NCBI GenBank assembly: GCA_964187785.1 | Contig: OZ076409.1 | Coordinates: 38,442,001 to 38,502,000, forward strand | Source of the DNA: Amphiscolops sp. MND2022 | Taxonomy: Eukaryota | Direction: 5' to 3' | Length of the DNA stretch: 60,000 nt | Part shown: one piece after another, positions 25,299 to 37,186 of the stretch | Numbering within the stretch: the stretch's first letter is position 1 | How the letters are laid out: every line of letters starts with the position of its first letter | Position numbers and translations under genes: made by a program | Notes under the pieces: generated by a model | Told to the model about the DNA's origin: nothing | The model's input: only the letters and a program-made list of their open reading frames with translations | The model's database searches: none

Positions 25299-26323
25299 CT
25301 GAAAGCAATATATATATCAGACTACAAGTTGAGTACAACTACAATAATAAGGAGCTTGGATAACGGCATACTCTTCTCCTGTCTGCCATGTGTGAAAGTA
25401 ATGCTTCGCTACGTTACCCAAAACTCTCAAATTCCTAGCCTGACTGAATGATGACTGTTCATCCTAAAACGAGAGGTGTTGAATGCACCGGTGTTACGAG
25501 TTCAGCAACCCATAAAAAACGCGATAAACTCTGAGCAAAACTTTTCCGTGTAAAACCAGAATTTGTGGAATGACTACCATATAACTATCTGTAAACCTTC
25601 AGAACTGAGGCAGTCCAATGAGTAGCCGAGCAAGTGTGACTATAATCCTAGAGAAAAAAATGATTAATACAAACTTTCGGAAATCAATCTTATTTAAAAC
25701 CGATTTCCGAAAAATTTTTTCGATTTTGCAAAGCGCCAACTTTGCAATTTTACCAGAAAGCATCCATATCTTGGAGTGTATGTTACTTGAATGAAGTAAA
25801 ATACTGGTTAAAGAGTTAGACTAATTACTTGAGAGGGAACAATCTGTGAAGATAATCTGGTCGGAAAAAAACTTAACTGTCCAGGGTACACTAAAATTTT
25901 AGCTAAAGCAGAAACATAAAAATGCATATTGCTCGAATTGTACAACAAACAGCCCACGACTTTCACGTTCTCATTTGTTAATATATAAATTTGTTCAAAA
26001 ATCAAAAATCAGATTTAGATTTTGCAAGTCCACGAATTAATGATTGGATATTATGGCTCGACACGTTTTTTTCGACCAAAGCCACGGCTTATATTTTCAA
26101 AACTACAGCAACTTACTGGGCTGATTTTGAGAAGTGATGGCTACATGTAACGAATGTAAATGGAGGCACCAAAACAATTTTTGTGTTCTTTTTGTCGTAA
26201 GATGATGGAAACTCAACTCAGCCAAGGCTGCGGCTTCAAAGATTAATTATGTCTACCAAGTGCGGCCTCTATTGCAATAAATATAGTACATCAAATGCAA
26301 CTTCATTTTGGATATACTGTTAC

Positions 26324-26653
26324 CTGCAGATCTCTGCTTGCAGTCTCGCCCGCTGTGCAGATGACGTTTGACCTCGGTGTCGAGAGGAGTGGGCGCAGAC
26401 ACCCAGTTGATCACATTCTTCTCGTAGAACTCCTCCACCTGTTTGTTCAAGTCCATGTACTTCAGTGCGTGCACAGAGTCAGTGAGCCCAACACTCCTCA
26501 CACGGTCTGCGAAGTCCTCCTGGAACTTGTCTGCCAGTTGGGCAGTCACCAGTCCACCTGCACTGTGCGCTACGATGAAGATGGTCTTGGCCTTAGATTC
26601 CAGCACAAACTGGTCCCACACGTAAGCAGCGTGTTCGAACGGGGTGGCCGAGC
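26324..26653 (-). CDS. FAM172A: FAM172A/ARB2A homologue, coding exon 4
   Basis: AG/GT boundaries, 330 nt; EHAAYVWDQF, IVAHSAGG, LTDSVH, NWVS motifs. Confidence 0.92.
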
Positions 26654-27235
26654 CTGAAACAACCCTTTCAAATCATACACAGCTCGGAAGGAGAACAAAC
26701 AAAGTTTTTCAAATACGCTGAGGTTGCTCTAGAGCAAGTCCTCAAAAATCTCAAATTGAAAAAAAAACAATTCAAATTGAAGTGTAGAAAAATCATAGGA
26801 ATAACAGTTTGCACTTTTCCTGCACTTTAGACCGTAGCCTCAAAATAGATCTTAATTAGCCAGTTCACACTGTAATGGTTGGTCTATATTTCACAGAACA
26901 AAAACGAGAAAACGCGTTTTGGGAACAACCGAGAAAATCACATTGAATCCATCTTCTATGGTACTAATGTTTTGAAGAAGCAACAAAAATAAAGCTCAAG
27001 AGAAAATAAATAACTACTTAGTTAACTTTTCAAATCAGCAGTAATGTAATATTTTCGGTCTAAATACAGCAGAACCTTGTTCAAAGTTTCCGAATTTTCC
27101 GCTCAAAACTTGTGCTTAATTCAAATTTTCCCAAATTTTTGATAACTTCTGTTGAGTAGAGCACCTTGCTCAAGAGCCATACTTTGAGTTACCTCTAGTT
27201 GAATGAGAACAAGTGAACAATGGTTGGTTGCTAAC

Positions 27236-27514
27236 CGTGAACTTCCTCCATGCCCTGGATCCCATTGGCATCTGTCTTGGGGGCGAAGTTGAGATTGGTG
27301 TTGAGAACTAAAACAGCCCATCCCCTGTTCTGGGCTTCTTTTACGTAAGGGATCTGAGTACCTTCATCTATGCTCTTGTTTATGATGATGCTTCTGGCCC
27401 ACTGACCCGCACGAACAGCACCTGACCCGTGGATGAGAATTAGAAGACAGTCTTCGTTAGAATAAAAATCCTCACTGGCAAAAATAAAACTCCGGGCATC
27501 TGTCTCTTGTGCAC
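27236..27514 (-). CDS. FAM172A: FAM172A/ARB2A homologue, coding exon 3
   Basis: AG/GT boundaries, 279 nt; SFIFASED, LIHGSGAVRAGQWAR, GTQIPY motifs diagnostic of the family. Confidence 0.95.
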
Positions 27515-28241
27515 CTGCAAACAATTCATCGCGGTATCTAAGGTGGCTTTGCTAACGCCTTTGGGCGCTGCAGAATTTCTAAAACCGCAAAACAATTCGA
27601 AAAAATTGCATTAGGTATATCTATACTATAAGCTCTGTAAGAAAGATCTCAACTGTAAACCAGCTGAAGAAACTGTCCCGCGCTTATACTGAACAAGTGG
27701 GGAACAGCAAAGCTGACGCCCCACTTAAGGCTCAAAAAGCCCAAGTAGTTTAAAACTTTGAGACTTTTTTGGGTAAAAATCTCAATCTCACAGCGCAAAA
27801 AACCACTAATGGGGAACCATTGGTCTCAAAATACTTTTTCTGAACTAAAAACGATTAAAAACCAAGGGTAATGATCCTTTTGAAATTAATTTTTTGTGGT
27901 GCAAAAAAAAACACATTGCTTTCTAATCCGACTAAATAGGCTGAGAAATGTACGGGAGGGCCCTTTGAATTATTTTGGCAATTTGAAGAAATGCTGTAGA
28001 TTTTTTATTATCACTTAGACCGGCAAAGTTGTACAATTAAAGGATAATATAAATGATCATTTAAATTTTCCAACCTTTAAAAGCGATTCATTTAAAAGAA
28101 TAATCATTTAAATGAATGGTAATCGTTTGAATAAAAGGAAACTGTACTCTCAATGTGAATCAAACCTCGGGGATAGAGACAGGAGTCAACTCGATCTATT
28201 TTTTGGGAAGTTTCGTGTTAAGATCGCAAAAGCTAAGGTTA

Positions 28242-28728
28242 ACAAGCCGGGAACGGCCCAAGTCGGCGCCTAATCCAATGCTCAAAAATAGCAAAAGGAC
28301 TTCAAAATTTCAAAGTATTGGTGAATTGGGAACCCTTTTATGAAACCCTTTTACGTTTTGAAAAAGTCTCACTATGCCGAAAAAAACTGAAAGGAAGGAC
28401 CCTTTGGGATTTTTCAACATCCATTCTGTTGCAAAATTCCAAAAAAAATTGAAGGGGGGGACCCTTTCGTAGGAAATTTTTTTTGAAAGTCGCACAGTGC
28501 CGAAAAAATCTAATGGGGGGACCCTTTGGTCTCGTCCGGTATTGCATGTTACGCGGGAAACCTTTTTGGTTCAGTTCCTTGGGCCAACGGGTACATTTTG
28601 GCGTCTTCTGAAAATTTTGTAGAACTTTTGGTAGAACTATTTTGGTCAGTTCAAGTGGTCTTAAAAAAACACTGACGAAAAGCCAAGACTATAGTCGGCT
28701 CTTTTCTTAGAAAAGCGCCGACCAAAAA
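28242..28728 (-). mobile_element. HINE family A copy (intronic); a more decayed copy lies at ~27693-27937
   Basis: Same subterminal inverted repeats and hairpin as 5242-5775. Confidence 0.75.
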
Positions 28729-28731
28729 TGA

Positions 28732-30410
28732 TGTTAGCTAGGTATCTTTTATTCGACTGTACTATCGTAGTTTCAACAATAACAATGATACTATATATAA
28801 ACATAAATGGGTCAGTGTTAAATTAGTTTGTTTGTAACTATTGTATTGAACAACTCAATGTCTTTGATTGACAGTTGACCTCTGCATCTCACATTCCCCC
28901 CATCCGGATAAAATCGGTCTTCTGCGGTAGTTTCTGGTTGTAGTTCCGTATTTTACGGTCTTCACATCTTTTCTCTAATAACGTCCGTATATTTCGGTTG
29001 TTTGGTTCTTCGTCACTGTTTGTTCCCGGTTGGTTGTTCTGGCTTTCCTCTCCCGTGTCAACGTTTTTTGTTTGGGCAGGAGTTATAGTTCGTCGTCTAC
29101 GTTAGTATGAACGGGTTTCCGTTCTGCGGTGTTGTAGCATTGGAAATCATCGTCTGAGACGATGCTCAGATCTAGGTCCATTGATTTTCCTGCCGATTTG
29201 TTAAGACTAATTAATTGTCCTCTTTTATTTCGTGGTAGTTCCTTACGTTTCAACCACAGTCTGCGCTGTTCTCAGTGTTTTGTTTCGGTGGTTCTTTTCT
29301 ACGGTAGCTGCAGGTGGCTTGTTCTCCGGTCTTTGAGCAGGATGGTCTTTCCGTGGCTGCCGTCATCCTTGTGTTGTTTCGCTTTGCGGGGGCGACCGCA
29401 CTCGTATTTGTAGGTTTTTTGTTCTGAGTGAAGGTCATTCCTCTCCGGTATTAGGGTCGGTCGTCTTCTTTGACATTACTAGATGGTCGGTGATTTCCCT
29501 GGCTGAGTTCCGGGTATTGTACACTGAGAGTTCTTTGGAGTCGACGGCCTTTATCTGCCCGCATGTTCGGCCACCAGAAGATTGCTGCGTCGTTGCACAT
29601 CTTATTTATCCCGAGGTGACCGAAATGTAGGGCGTTCAATGCCGCGTAGCGTAGGCTCTTGTGGATGATGATTCTGTCATCGACCATCGTGATGCCCCAT
29701 CGATGTGTCAGGCGTTTGGCTACTAATTTGTAGTCTTCCGGAATTTGTAATGGTTTGTTGTCCTCCAGACAGCATTGTAACTTCTATCAAACCCGGGTCT
29801 GCTGCCGTTTCTTTTATCAACGTCTCGAGGTCGAGCATAACGTCCAATTCTGCCGACCGTACGTTGTCCTCTTGCTGTCGGTTGCGTGCTGCCCTGTTTT
29901 CTATAACGCGGTTTATTAGCATGTAGCGGACGGCGATCTCCTCTATCGGTCCGTCGCGGTATTCCTGTACTGGAATAGCTGGGTAAGCTCCCGGTTCTTG
30001 GGTAGTAACCGGTTCTTCGGGTGACGATGAGGTCGTCGACTCGTTGTCCATTGTGGGTTTTACGGTGATGGTACTGGGGTTTGTTTCGGTGTTGCCGGTT
30101 GTCAGTGGTGGGATTTCGTCTCCGAAATCTTTGAAATATCCCCCGAGGTGTGTATCGCGGCACTCTTCTTCGTAGTTGTCAATGCGTTTGATTTCTCTTC
30201 TGTCTTGTTCACCCGGTCTTCTGGGGAGTAAGATCTCTTTCTAGTCTTTTGTGCCACGAATAGCGCATTTGCCAAGTTTTGTCAGCTCTATCCTTCTTTC
30301 CACTAGTTCATTGTTTCGGGTGAGTTGTCCAGTCTATTGATGATCTTCATAATTTCGCCATCTGCACCCCAGTGGTATTTTAGTGTGGATTCGCGGGTGT
30401 ATTTGTCAGG
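28732..30410 (-). mobile_element. Truncated, internally deleted Ty3/Gypsy remnant in FAM172A intron 2
   Basis: Integrase zinc-binding fragment ALHFGHLGINKMC...FWWPNMRAD (29451-29687). PPT GGATGGGGGAA abuts a short TG...CA LTR candidate (28732-28893). The right boundary is approximate. Confidence 0.75.
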
Positions 30411-30967
30411 ATTACAGCTAAACTTTTCGGCGAAATTTTCAAGTTAAAGTATTCAATTATAAGAAAACAGTGAATTTCCAAGGGCTCAATACTTCACGGA
30501 AAATCGTAAAAATCGATTTTCCATGAATAACATTAAGCTAGATTTGAATGCGAATTATAATTTTAGTTTGACATACTGTTTTGATTTGTGCTGAAAGTAT
30601 GCAATAGTTTGGATAATCCTTTATAAATAAAAAAAACTTTTTTCCTTTAAAAAATCCTTTTAAAAATAGAAATGCATAACACTGTCGACCGGATTGAAAA
30701 AAAACTCGACGAATAGCCAACGTCGCGTGGCAAATAGTCGCGTTTCAAGCCATAAAGCTAAGACCAAAATATTGACAAGATTTTCCCGGATCTGAGATGG
30801 TATTATAGGTAAACATACAGTGAGTTGGCAAAGTTTTGAAAATAAATTTCTGCAGCAGAATTTGAAAGTGATTGGAGCTTAACTATAACATTAAAAACGG
30901 CATATACAGCCCCCTTGCAAAAAAAATATACGGTCTTCAATTAAGTACTTTCAGAACTGCAACTTAC

Positions 30968-31282
30968 CGATGGGCAAGTAATGCCGCTTCAAATTACAAT
31001 CTGTCTCCAATAAATGATACACATGTTCAGTTACAACAGCTCCGAGTGCTTCGTATCGCCTCTGATAATAGCTCTGACTGTACCCTTTGCCAACGACAAA
31101 TACGAATCCTTCGTTGGTTTCTTTATCTCGAAGAACTCCATGTTCGTCAAACTTATATCCGAAGTCCTCTAGAGTATTCCCAAACTCGTTGTTATTCTTG
31201 CTAAGGGCCGCTTTACTTCTAGTTATTGGTGCGATCTTTTCATTTGATCTTTTCGCTGGTTTCTTGGAATTCTTCTCTGAAT
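30968..31282 (-). CDS. FAM172A: FAM172A/ARB2A homologue, coding exon 2
   Basis: Not in the ORF track. Manual translation gives FGNTLEDFGYKFDEHGVLR...YQRRYEALGAVVTEHVYHLLETDCNLKR. TTTAG acceptor, GTAAGT donor, 315 nt. Confidence 0.92.
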
Positions 31283-31298
31283 CTAAACAAAATCAGTA

Positions 31299-31455
31299 CA
31301 GTGGATCCCGGATATAAGAAATTCGATTATAGCCAATGCGTATCTTGGCCTCGAATGGCAATTTCATTCCTTTTAAAACCCGGATATAAGAAAGTTCTTT
31401 TATAAGAAACACCAGTAGTCGTTCCCCTGACGTTGATTATATCCGGGATCCACTG
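31299..31455. mobile_element. Tc1/mariner-pogo type MITE (157 bp)
   Basis: 19-bp perfect TIR CAGTGGATCCCGGATATAA flanked by TA on both sides. Confidence 0.9.
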
Positions 31456-32216
31456 TATTTATTTTTCAGGAAAAAAACGACGCAGAGCAAGATGCTCGTA
31501 TAGCTACCGCGTAGTAGTATGCTCGTATAGCGCTATCCATTTTGCTCTTCAAAAAAGCCATTATAAGAAGTCGATAATACGTCGAATTCGAACACACTTT
31601 GATCGTCTGTAAAAAGCAAACGCACAATATTTCTCGAAATCGTTCCTCCAAATAGCTATCTAGAATTAGTGCTAAACAGTTGAGCAAAAAATGACAGCTT
31701 TTTAAATGTTTCCTTCTCTTAGGTGAAGACTTTTCAAAACATCTCCGGGCTATAAAAACCACAAAAATTCAAACGGTGCCATAGAAATTTGGTCGGTAGA
31801 AAAACATCAGCATACGTTGTTGATTATATTAAAGAAAGTTGTTATCTTTAAGGATTGCGGGGCATCAACATAGTAATCGTTATGAAAACAGATTATGAAA
31901 ACGAACTCCGCTGTATTCTAAGGGTTCATCCACAGAGTACTAGGTTATAGACCCTGATTTGAAGGAATACTCACGAGCGTGATACCGTTCTGGTAACCAA
32001 ACTCAAGAACCTCAAGAAGTTTAATTAGCACGAGTGTATCTTCAGCAGCTCCGCGATTTCTTCTATCGGTCTAAGTGTTAAATATTTCACTAGAAGGCTT
32101 GTAGTAGAATTGAACCAAAAATTAAAAAATCAAAGGGAAATCTACAACGATTGAAAATTATGATTTAAAAATTACCCACAATCTCTGCCCCATAAAATTC
32201 GAAATTTACACCTCAC

Positions 32217-32646
32217 CGTCAGATCCGTTTGGTATGGCATCGTTTTCGGAAGTGGACGAAGGAGCCTTTTTTGCTTGGTCTTCATTTTGCACATTCGTTT
32301 CCATGGCGTCTTCCCCAGCCACTCGATGCTCTGCGGTTGACATTGACATGTGATATGTTTGAAACGCAATTTCGGGATTAAAAAGACTGCACTGATTTTT
32401 TCCCTCACGGGGATTGGATAAAATGAACAAGCTTCTGTAAAATTCGGTTACTGTACACTGTTGATTAGATGATTTCGAAGCGCCGTCAGCAATCACATCA
32501 TAGTTAAAGTTTAACTTTGATAGCGTCGTTGTTCGAGTGCTTGAAGTGTTGCTTTCAGTGCGTCGTAGATAGAAAGCAACTAACGAGCTTAAGGCAAGAA
32601 GCAAGCGTACCACGCTGATAGAAGTGCTGCATTTTACATCATTCAT
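32217..32646 (-). CDS. FAM172A: FAM172A/ARB2A homologue, first coding exon (start at 32646 or 32349)
   Basis: Open frame ending GAC G|GTGAGG (phase 1, in frame with exon 2). The ATG at 32349 gives a 444-aa protein; the ATG at 32646 gives 543 aa. Poorly conserved sequence. Confidence 0.6.
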
Positions 32647-33130
32647 ACAACATTAAAAGTACTGAAAGAAAAGTTATTATATCATTAGAATTCTATCGAA
32701 CAAGTTGCTAGCTAAAAACGATACTCGCTAAGTCTGTACAACATGAAAGACGTTAAATTAAATGGCCATAAATACATTTATACAGAGTCCACTTCCATTG
32801 AGGGAACAGTAAAAATATATACAGCGGAGTCTCTATTAAATCAACATCAATAATTCGACATAATCGCTTCCTTTCTGAAAAAAAAAGAAAAAAGGCAGAT
32901 CTGCTCAGGTTCTTGGTAGGACTGAACGTGTCAAGCGGCTCGGAAAAATATACCAATTCTCTTTAATATTCAAGTTTACACAGAAACAACACTGCGCCCT
33001 CTTCAATACTATTCATTAGGTGGATAGTAAAGGTTTACTATTTGCTAGATTCCCTTTACAACGAGCAATGTCTAACATTGTGATACTATTGCAGTAATTT
33101 ATAAATTTTCCTCCACTTACCAAGGTTTAA

Positions 33131-34148
33131 ACACAGAGGCGAAGCCGTGCTTCGCAAACACTTGCGAAGAAAGTTGCGAACTTTTGAAGAAACCCAAATA
33201 AGCAATATCATACGAAGAGCCAAAGGTAAAAGTACATTATTGTTAAAAATTCATCAATTTCACAGCGCCAAAAAATCCCGAAGGGATACCCATAAATCTC
33301 GAAAACAATTCTTCTCCAACTGGAAACAACAGAAAACCCATCTTTCTCAACCGTAAACCTTTTAAAAAAAACAGAAAATTGAGGAAAAAAATATTCGAAA
33401 ATTTTTTTGATGAAGGTCTCCGGCAAGTCGCATAGTGCCGAAAACCTTGAGCAATGCTTTATACTCGCAAAACGTTTCGTTTCTAGTAAAAAGTGAGGGG
33501 GCTTCGATGAAAACAAATTAGAAAATAAGTCGCATAGAAAAAACAGCGGTCTTTAAAAAAACAAAACAAAAATCGGATATAGCGTGCTGGGCCTGAGAAA
33601 ACCTAATTTTAAGACAAAAATTATTCGATTTGAAAAATCTCACAATGCCGAAAACTGTAAAAGGGGGCACTATGAGATTTTTTTAAACATCCATTCTGTT
33701 GCAAAATTTCAAAAAATTGAAGAGACTTGAAAAATTTTGCAAAAAAATGAGAATTTTCAACAGTCTCATAGTGCCGAAAAATCTGAAAGAAGGGACCCTT
33801 TGGGATTTTTCAACATTCGTTCTGTTGCAAAATACCAAAAAAATGAAGGGAGGAATCTTTGGTGACATGAAAAAAAATTGCGAAAAAAGTCACAAAGCCG
33901 AAATAACGCACAAAAAATTTTGGTCAAGGGCGAGACTCGAACCCACGTCCTTCTGCTTGGCAGACCTCAAATAATCCTAATTAACCTCTATGCCAAGTGC
34001 TAGAAGTTGCGACAAGTGCTGGAAGTTGGCCAACTGCCAGAAGTTGTCACGGCGACAAATTCAGACTATGCGACTTGCGGTCTGAAACGAGAGTTGCGCG
34101 GAAAAAAAGCACCCGCACTTTCCCATAACACTTGCTTATCGCAAGTGT
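33131..34148 (-). mobile_element. Non-autonomous Helentron-like element, family B
   Basis: Subterminal inverted repeats ACACTTGCGA/TCGCAAGTGT, hairpin GCGAAGC-CGT-GCTTCGC at one end, partial inverted repeat at the other. Interior is shared with family A. The same terminus recurs at 36997. Confidence 0.7.
33921..34000 (-). pseudogene. tRNA-derived Pol III-like cassette within family B element
   Basis: A box TGGCATAGAGG, B box GGTTCGAGTC, CCA end, then AAATTTTTT. Confidence 0.65.
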
Positions 34149-34938
34149 AAATATGTATTTATATGGGACCGTTAATGACACTCCAAGGAGGCTCTGCAGC
34201 TTGCAGCATATACGACGCCATCTTCAACTTTTTTCCTACTCTTTTTAAACTTTACTTTAAACTACTACAAGTTTAAACAACGGGCTCTTTTCATATTTAT
34301 CTCACATGAAAAATGGGTTTCAGTACGCACGGTCCCTTTTATATGACTTTAAAGAAGTTGATAACACGAGAAAAAAATCATTAGGTGGAAGTCAATGATC
34401 ATCCCAGAATAAGAAGGGGATATGTCTACAAAGTGTGATGATATCGATAGGCTGGAAACTGCAGTCTCCGTGCACTGGATTACGCACAATTGCGACAAGA
34501 ATCCGATCAATGGCACAGCAGAAAGGCCAATTTTCACTTCGCAGCAACAGCACTATTTGATTAGAATACTCGCAAATAGCAGAGGAAAACGATTTGTTGA
34601 TCAAGAGTTTTCGATCAATCACAACAGATTGAATAAAGCGATATGTGTTTAAAATGAAACAACGTCACGCTAAACTCAGACCCTCCGGTTCCATTTTCAT
34701 GAAAGGCAGTAGTTAAAGTCATCCAACCAGGGGTGTCAATTATATGCGGTAAAAAACTCTAATATGCAAGACTTTATGCGGATAATTTCGTCCAAATATG
34801 CGCTAAAATGCTTCTTTTTGCTCAAAAATGATCGAAATTATTGAGAAAAAAACCTGAATTATTCCAATTTCTCTGAATTGAATTGTAACATCATGAGGTG
34901 TTGAAGTTTTTCCTCAGTCAATTGTTCCCGCTCTCCGG

Positions 34939-36783
34939 CAGGGGTCCGCAATTATTAATTGCAATTAAATTGGCATTTAAAATTTTAAAAACCAATTAAT
35001 TGAAAATTGGACACTTCATGAAACAATTATTGCAATAATTGGCAAATCAAAGCAGTTGTCAATGCATAAATTCAGACAAAATTGATGAAAATTTGCCCAA
35101 AAATAATGAACTCAGAGTCATTCAGTAGCGTTGACGACTTCGTTGACGAGACTCAGGTCCCACAGTCTCTTGTTCGACATCAGAAACAGCTGCTGCTCCA
35201 GATAAATAGGTTGTATCTTCCGTCGCAAGTCATCATAAGCATATCCAGCCCGGCTGAAAAGTCTCTCCATCAAGTTCGACGTGGGAACCAGAAATCTGCA
35301 GTCCAAATATTTATCTGACCGCCGCTCGCATCTTCTCTTCCTCAGAATTTCCATGGCAAAATCCAAGGGCACTTCATTCTCCTTCCCCATCTCTTCAACT
35401 TCTTGGACATGAAGCCGCAATTTTTTCACGGCCCAGTTCTCTTGCAAAGTCAGATTCTCATCAGAGTTCAATATTTTTACGACGCCATTCTCGAAGTCTT
35501 TGTTTTTCACAATGCTACTATTGACATGAATATACTTCTTGCGACCATCGATTGACACCTTTTTGATGATTTCATCTAGCAGAAGGCGTGCACTTGCCAT
35601 ATCCATGTCTGAGCGCTGAAGGGCAAGAGTAACCGATTTCAAGGGCTCCAAAAGCTCGCCGAGTTCTTTGAGACGAGCATCTTCCGCGGGGCATAGCATG
35701 AAGGATATCATTGCTGGTATATGCTGTAGGTGATCTTTGATCTTCATGTATCTCTCAATCATTTGCATAACACTGAGCCAACGTGTAGTGTTATTGACAA
35801 TAGGTCGCAAGCTAGTATACTTTTTGAGTTCACCCGACAGATTGGGAGACTTCAATTTCACCATCAAAGCATGAACCTTGCTCAAGACAGCTTCGTCCTG
35901 TTTGAGGAACTCTTTCACTGCCAATGCAAGTCGGTGGGAATGACAACCGATGAGTGGAACCTCGCATTGATCACTCAAGCATTTGTTGGCTTCACAGTTG
36001 TCGGCGATAATTGCTACAACGTTGTTCATGGTCTTGCCATATTGCGATAAAACGAATGAGATGTATTCGTACATGTCGCTAGCACTCTGACCGGTTTGGT
36101 CGCCAATGGGAGAAAACCCCAACAATGCAGTTTCATATCCTTCATGTTTTCCAGGGTATGATGCCATCACGCCCACAAAATGCGAACTGGCCTCCGTCCA
36201 TCCGTCAACAATGAGTGCAAATATATCAGGCAGTTCTTTGGCGATCTCTTTCTCAACCCGATCAGAAACAAGGTGCATGTACTTCTCAAGGGTGTGAACA
36301 GAGATTTTATCCAACGACGAATATTTGCGTGTTAGGCTACTCTCCACAAATGAAAATGGCTTTAGTTCCATACACACCCATTCCAACCATCCGTATACAG
36401 TTTCACTCTTTCGACAATGCATAAATCGAAGCGTCTGCTGATCCGAAATAGATGTATTGTCGTTTCCATGTTGAGAACGGATATGTTGCATTAGGTTAGA
36501 CCAGCCTGTACCATCTTTCCTTTTTAGAAGTTTTCCACAGTGGCACTTGTAAACATCATTCTCTAGTTTAGTGAAATACTTCTTCGTTAAAGCCTTGTAG
36601 TCTTTTAACGCTTCAACTTTAGATGTCATTTCAAACCTGAAAAAGATAATGCATTGCGCTCAATCAATTATTGCAATAATTAGCTTGTTAATTTCCAATA
36701 ATTGAAAAATGCAAGATGAGAAAATTAATTGATCAATTATAATTGCAATTATTGCTTCATCAATTTTTAATTGCGGACCCCTG
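34939..36783 (-). mobile_element. Autonomous hAT DNA transposon (1,845 bp)
   Basis: Perfect 16-bp TIR CAGGGGTCCGCAATTA, perfect 8-bp TSD CTCTCCGG (34931-34938, 36784-36791), CAATTA subterminal repeats. Confidence 0.96.
35118..36629 (-). CDS. hAT transposase, 503 aa, uninterrupted
   Basis: BED-like finger (CHC...SNLMQHIRSQH), DGWT, ADN, CxxH (CHSH), TRW and SNLMERLFS motifs. Confidence 0.93.
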   Translation of the reverse strand: MTSKVEALKDYKALTKKYFTKLENDVYKCHCGKLLKRKDGTGWSNLMQHIRSQHGNDNTSISDQQTLRFMHCRKSETVYGWLEWVCMELKPFSFVESSLTRKYSSLDKISVHTLEKYMHLVSDRVEKEIAKELPDIFALIVDGWTEASSHFVGVMASYPGKHEGYETALLGFSPIGDQTGQSASDMYEYISFVLSQYGKTMNNVVAIIADNCEANKCLSDQCEVPLIGCHSHRLALAVKEFLKQDEAVLSKVHALMVKLKSPNLSGELKKYTSLRPIVNNTTRWLSVMQMIERYMKIKDHLQHIPAMISFMLCPAEDARLKELGELLEPLKSVTLALQRSDMDMASARLLLDEIIKKVSIDGRKKYIHVNSSIVKNKDFENGVVKILNSDENLTLQENWAVKKLRLHVQEVEEMGKENEVPLDFAMEILRKRRCERRSDKYLDCRFLVPTSNLMERLFSRAGYAYDDLRRKIQPIYLEQQLFLMSNKRLWDLSLVNEVVNATE

Positions 36784-37116
36784 CTCTCCGGAAAGTTTTT
36801 TTCCTCTATCAGATATCATGGATCTTCGTCATCAATCAAGTGCCATGTGTATCATCATGTTGGGGGGAGAAGACACACACCCGTGGTCTGCAACGAACGT
36901 AGGGAACCCCATACTAGCCACTATCCCAGTAAAAATATAACAACCAGCAAACTACTCATACCAGTCACTATCGCAGTCGACCGGTAGAATTTTTTTACAC
37001 AGAGGCGAAGCCGTGCTTCGCAACACATGACGAAGACAACGATTATTTTAATATGCGTATATATATTATTTTAATAGCATGCGTATATATTCAACAGTTC
37101 AACTTTATTCAATAAC

Positions 37117-37186
37117 GTCCTTAAGGCACAGTGGTTAACACTTATGCCGCGCAATCGGGAGGCTGCAGGTTCGAATCTCTCTGGGG
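37117..37186 (+). pseudogene. tRNA-derived (SINE-head-like) sequence
   Basis: A-box-like AGGCACAGTGG, B box GGTTCGAATC, T4 run after. Stems do not pair fully. Lies ~120 bp inside a family-B terminus at 36997. Confidence 0.55.

Noticed and set aside
33921..34000. Functional tRNA genes (also 5559, 8009, 37117)
   Set aside because: Acceptor and anticodon stems do not pair properly and all lie inside repeats; reported as tRNA-derived instead.
34422..34652. 76-aa plus-strand ORF as an exon of a divergent gene
   Set aside because: No recognisable homology and no partner exons could be linked.
34728..34930. CAGGGGTGTCAATT as the end of a second hAT element hosting the intact one
   Set aside because: No matching opposite TIR or TSD found in the window.
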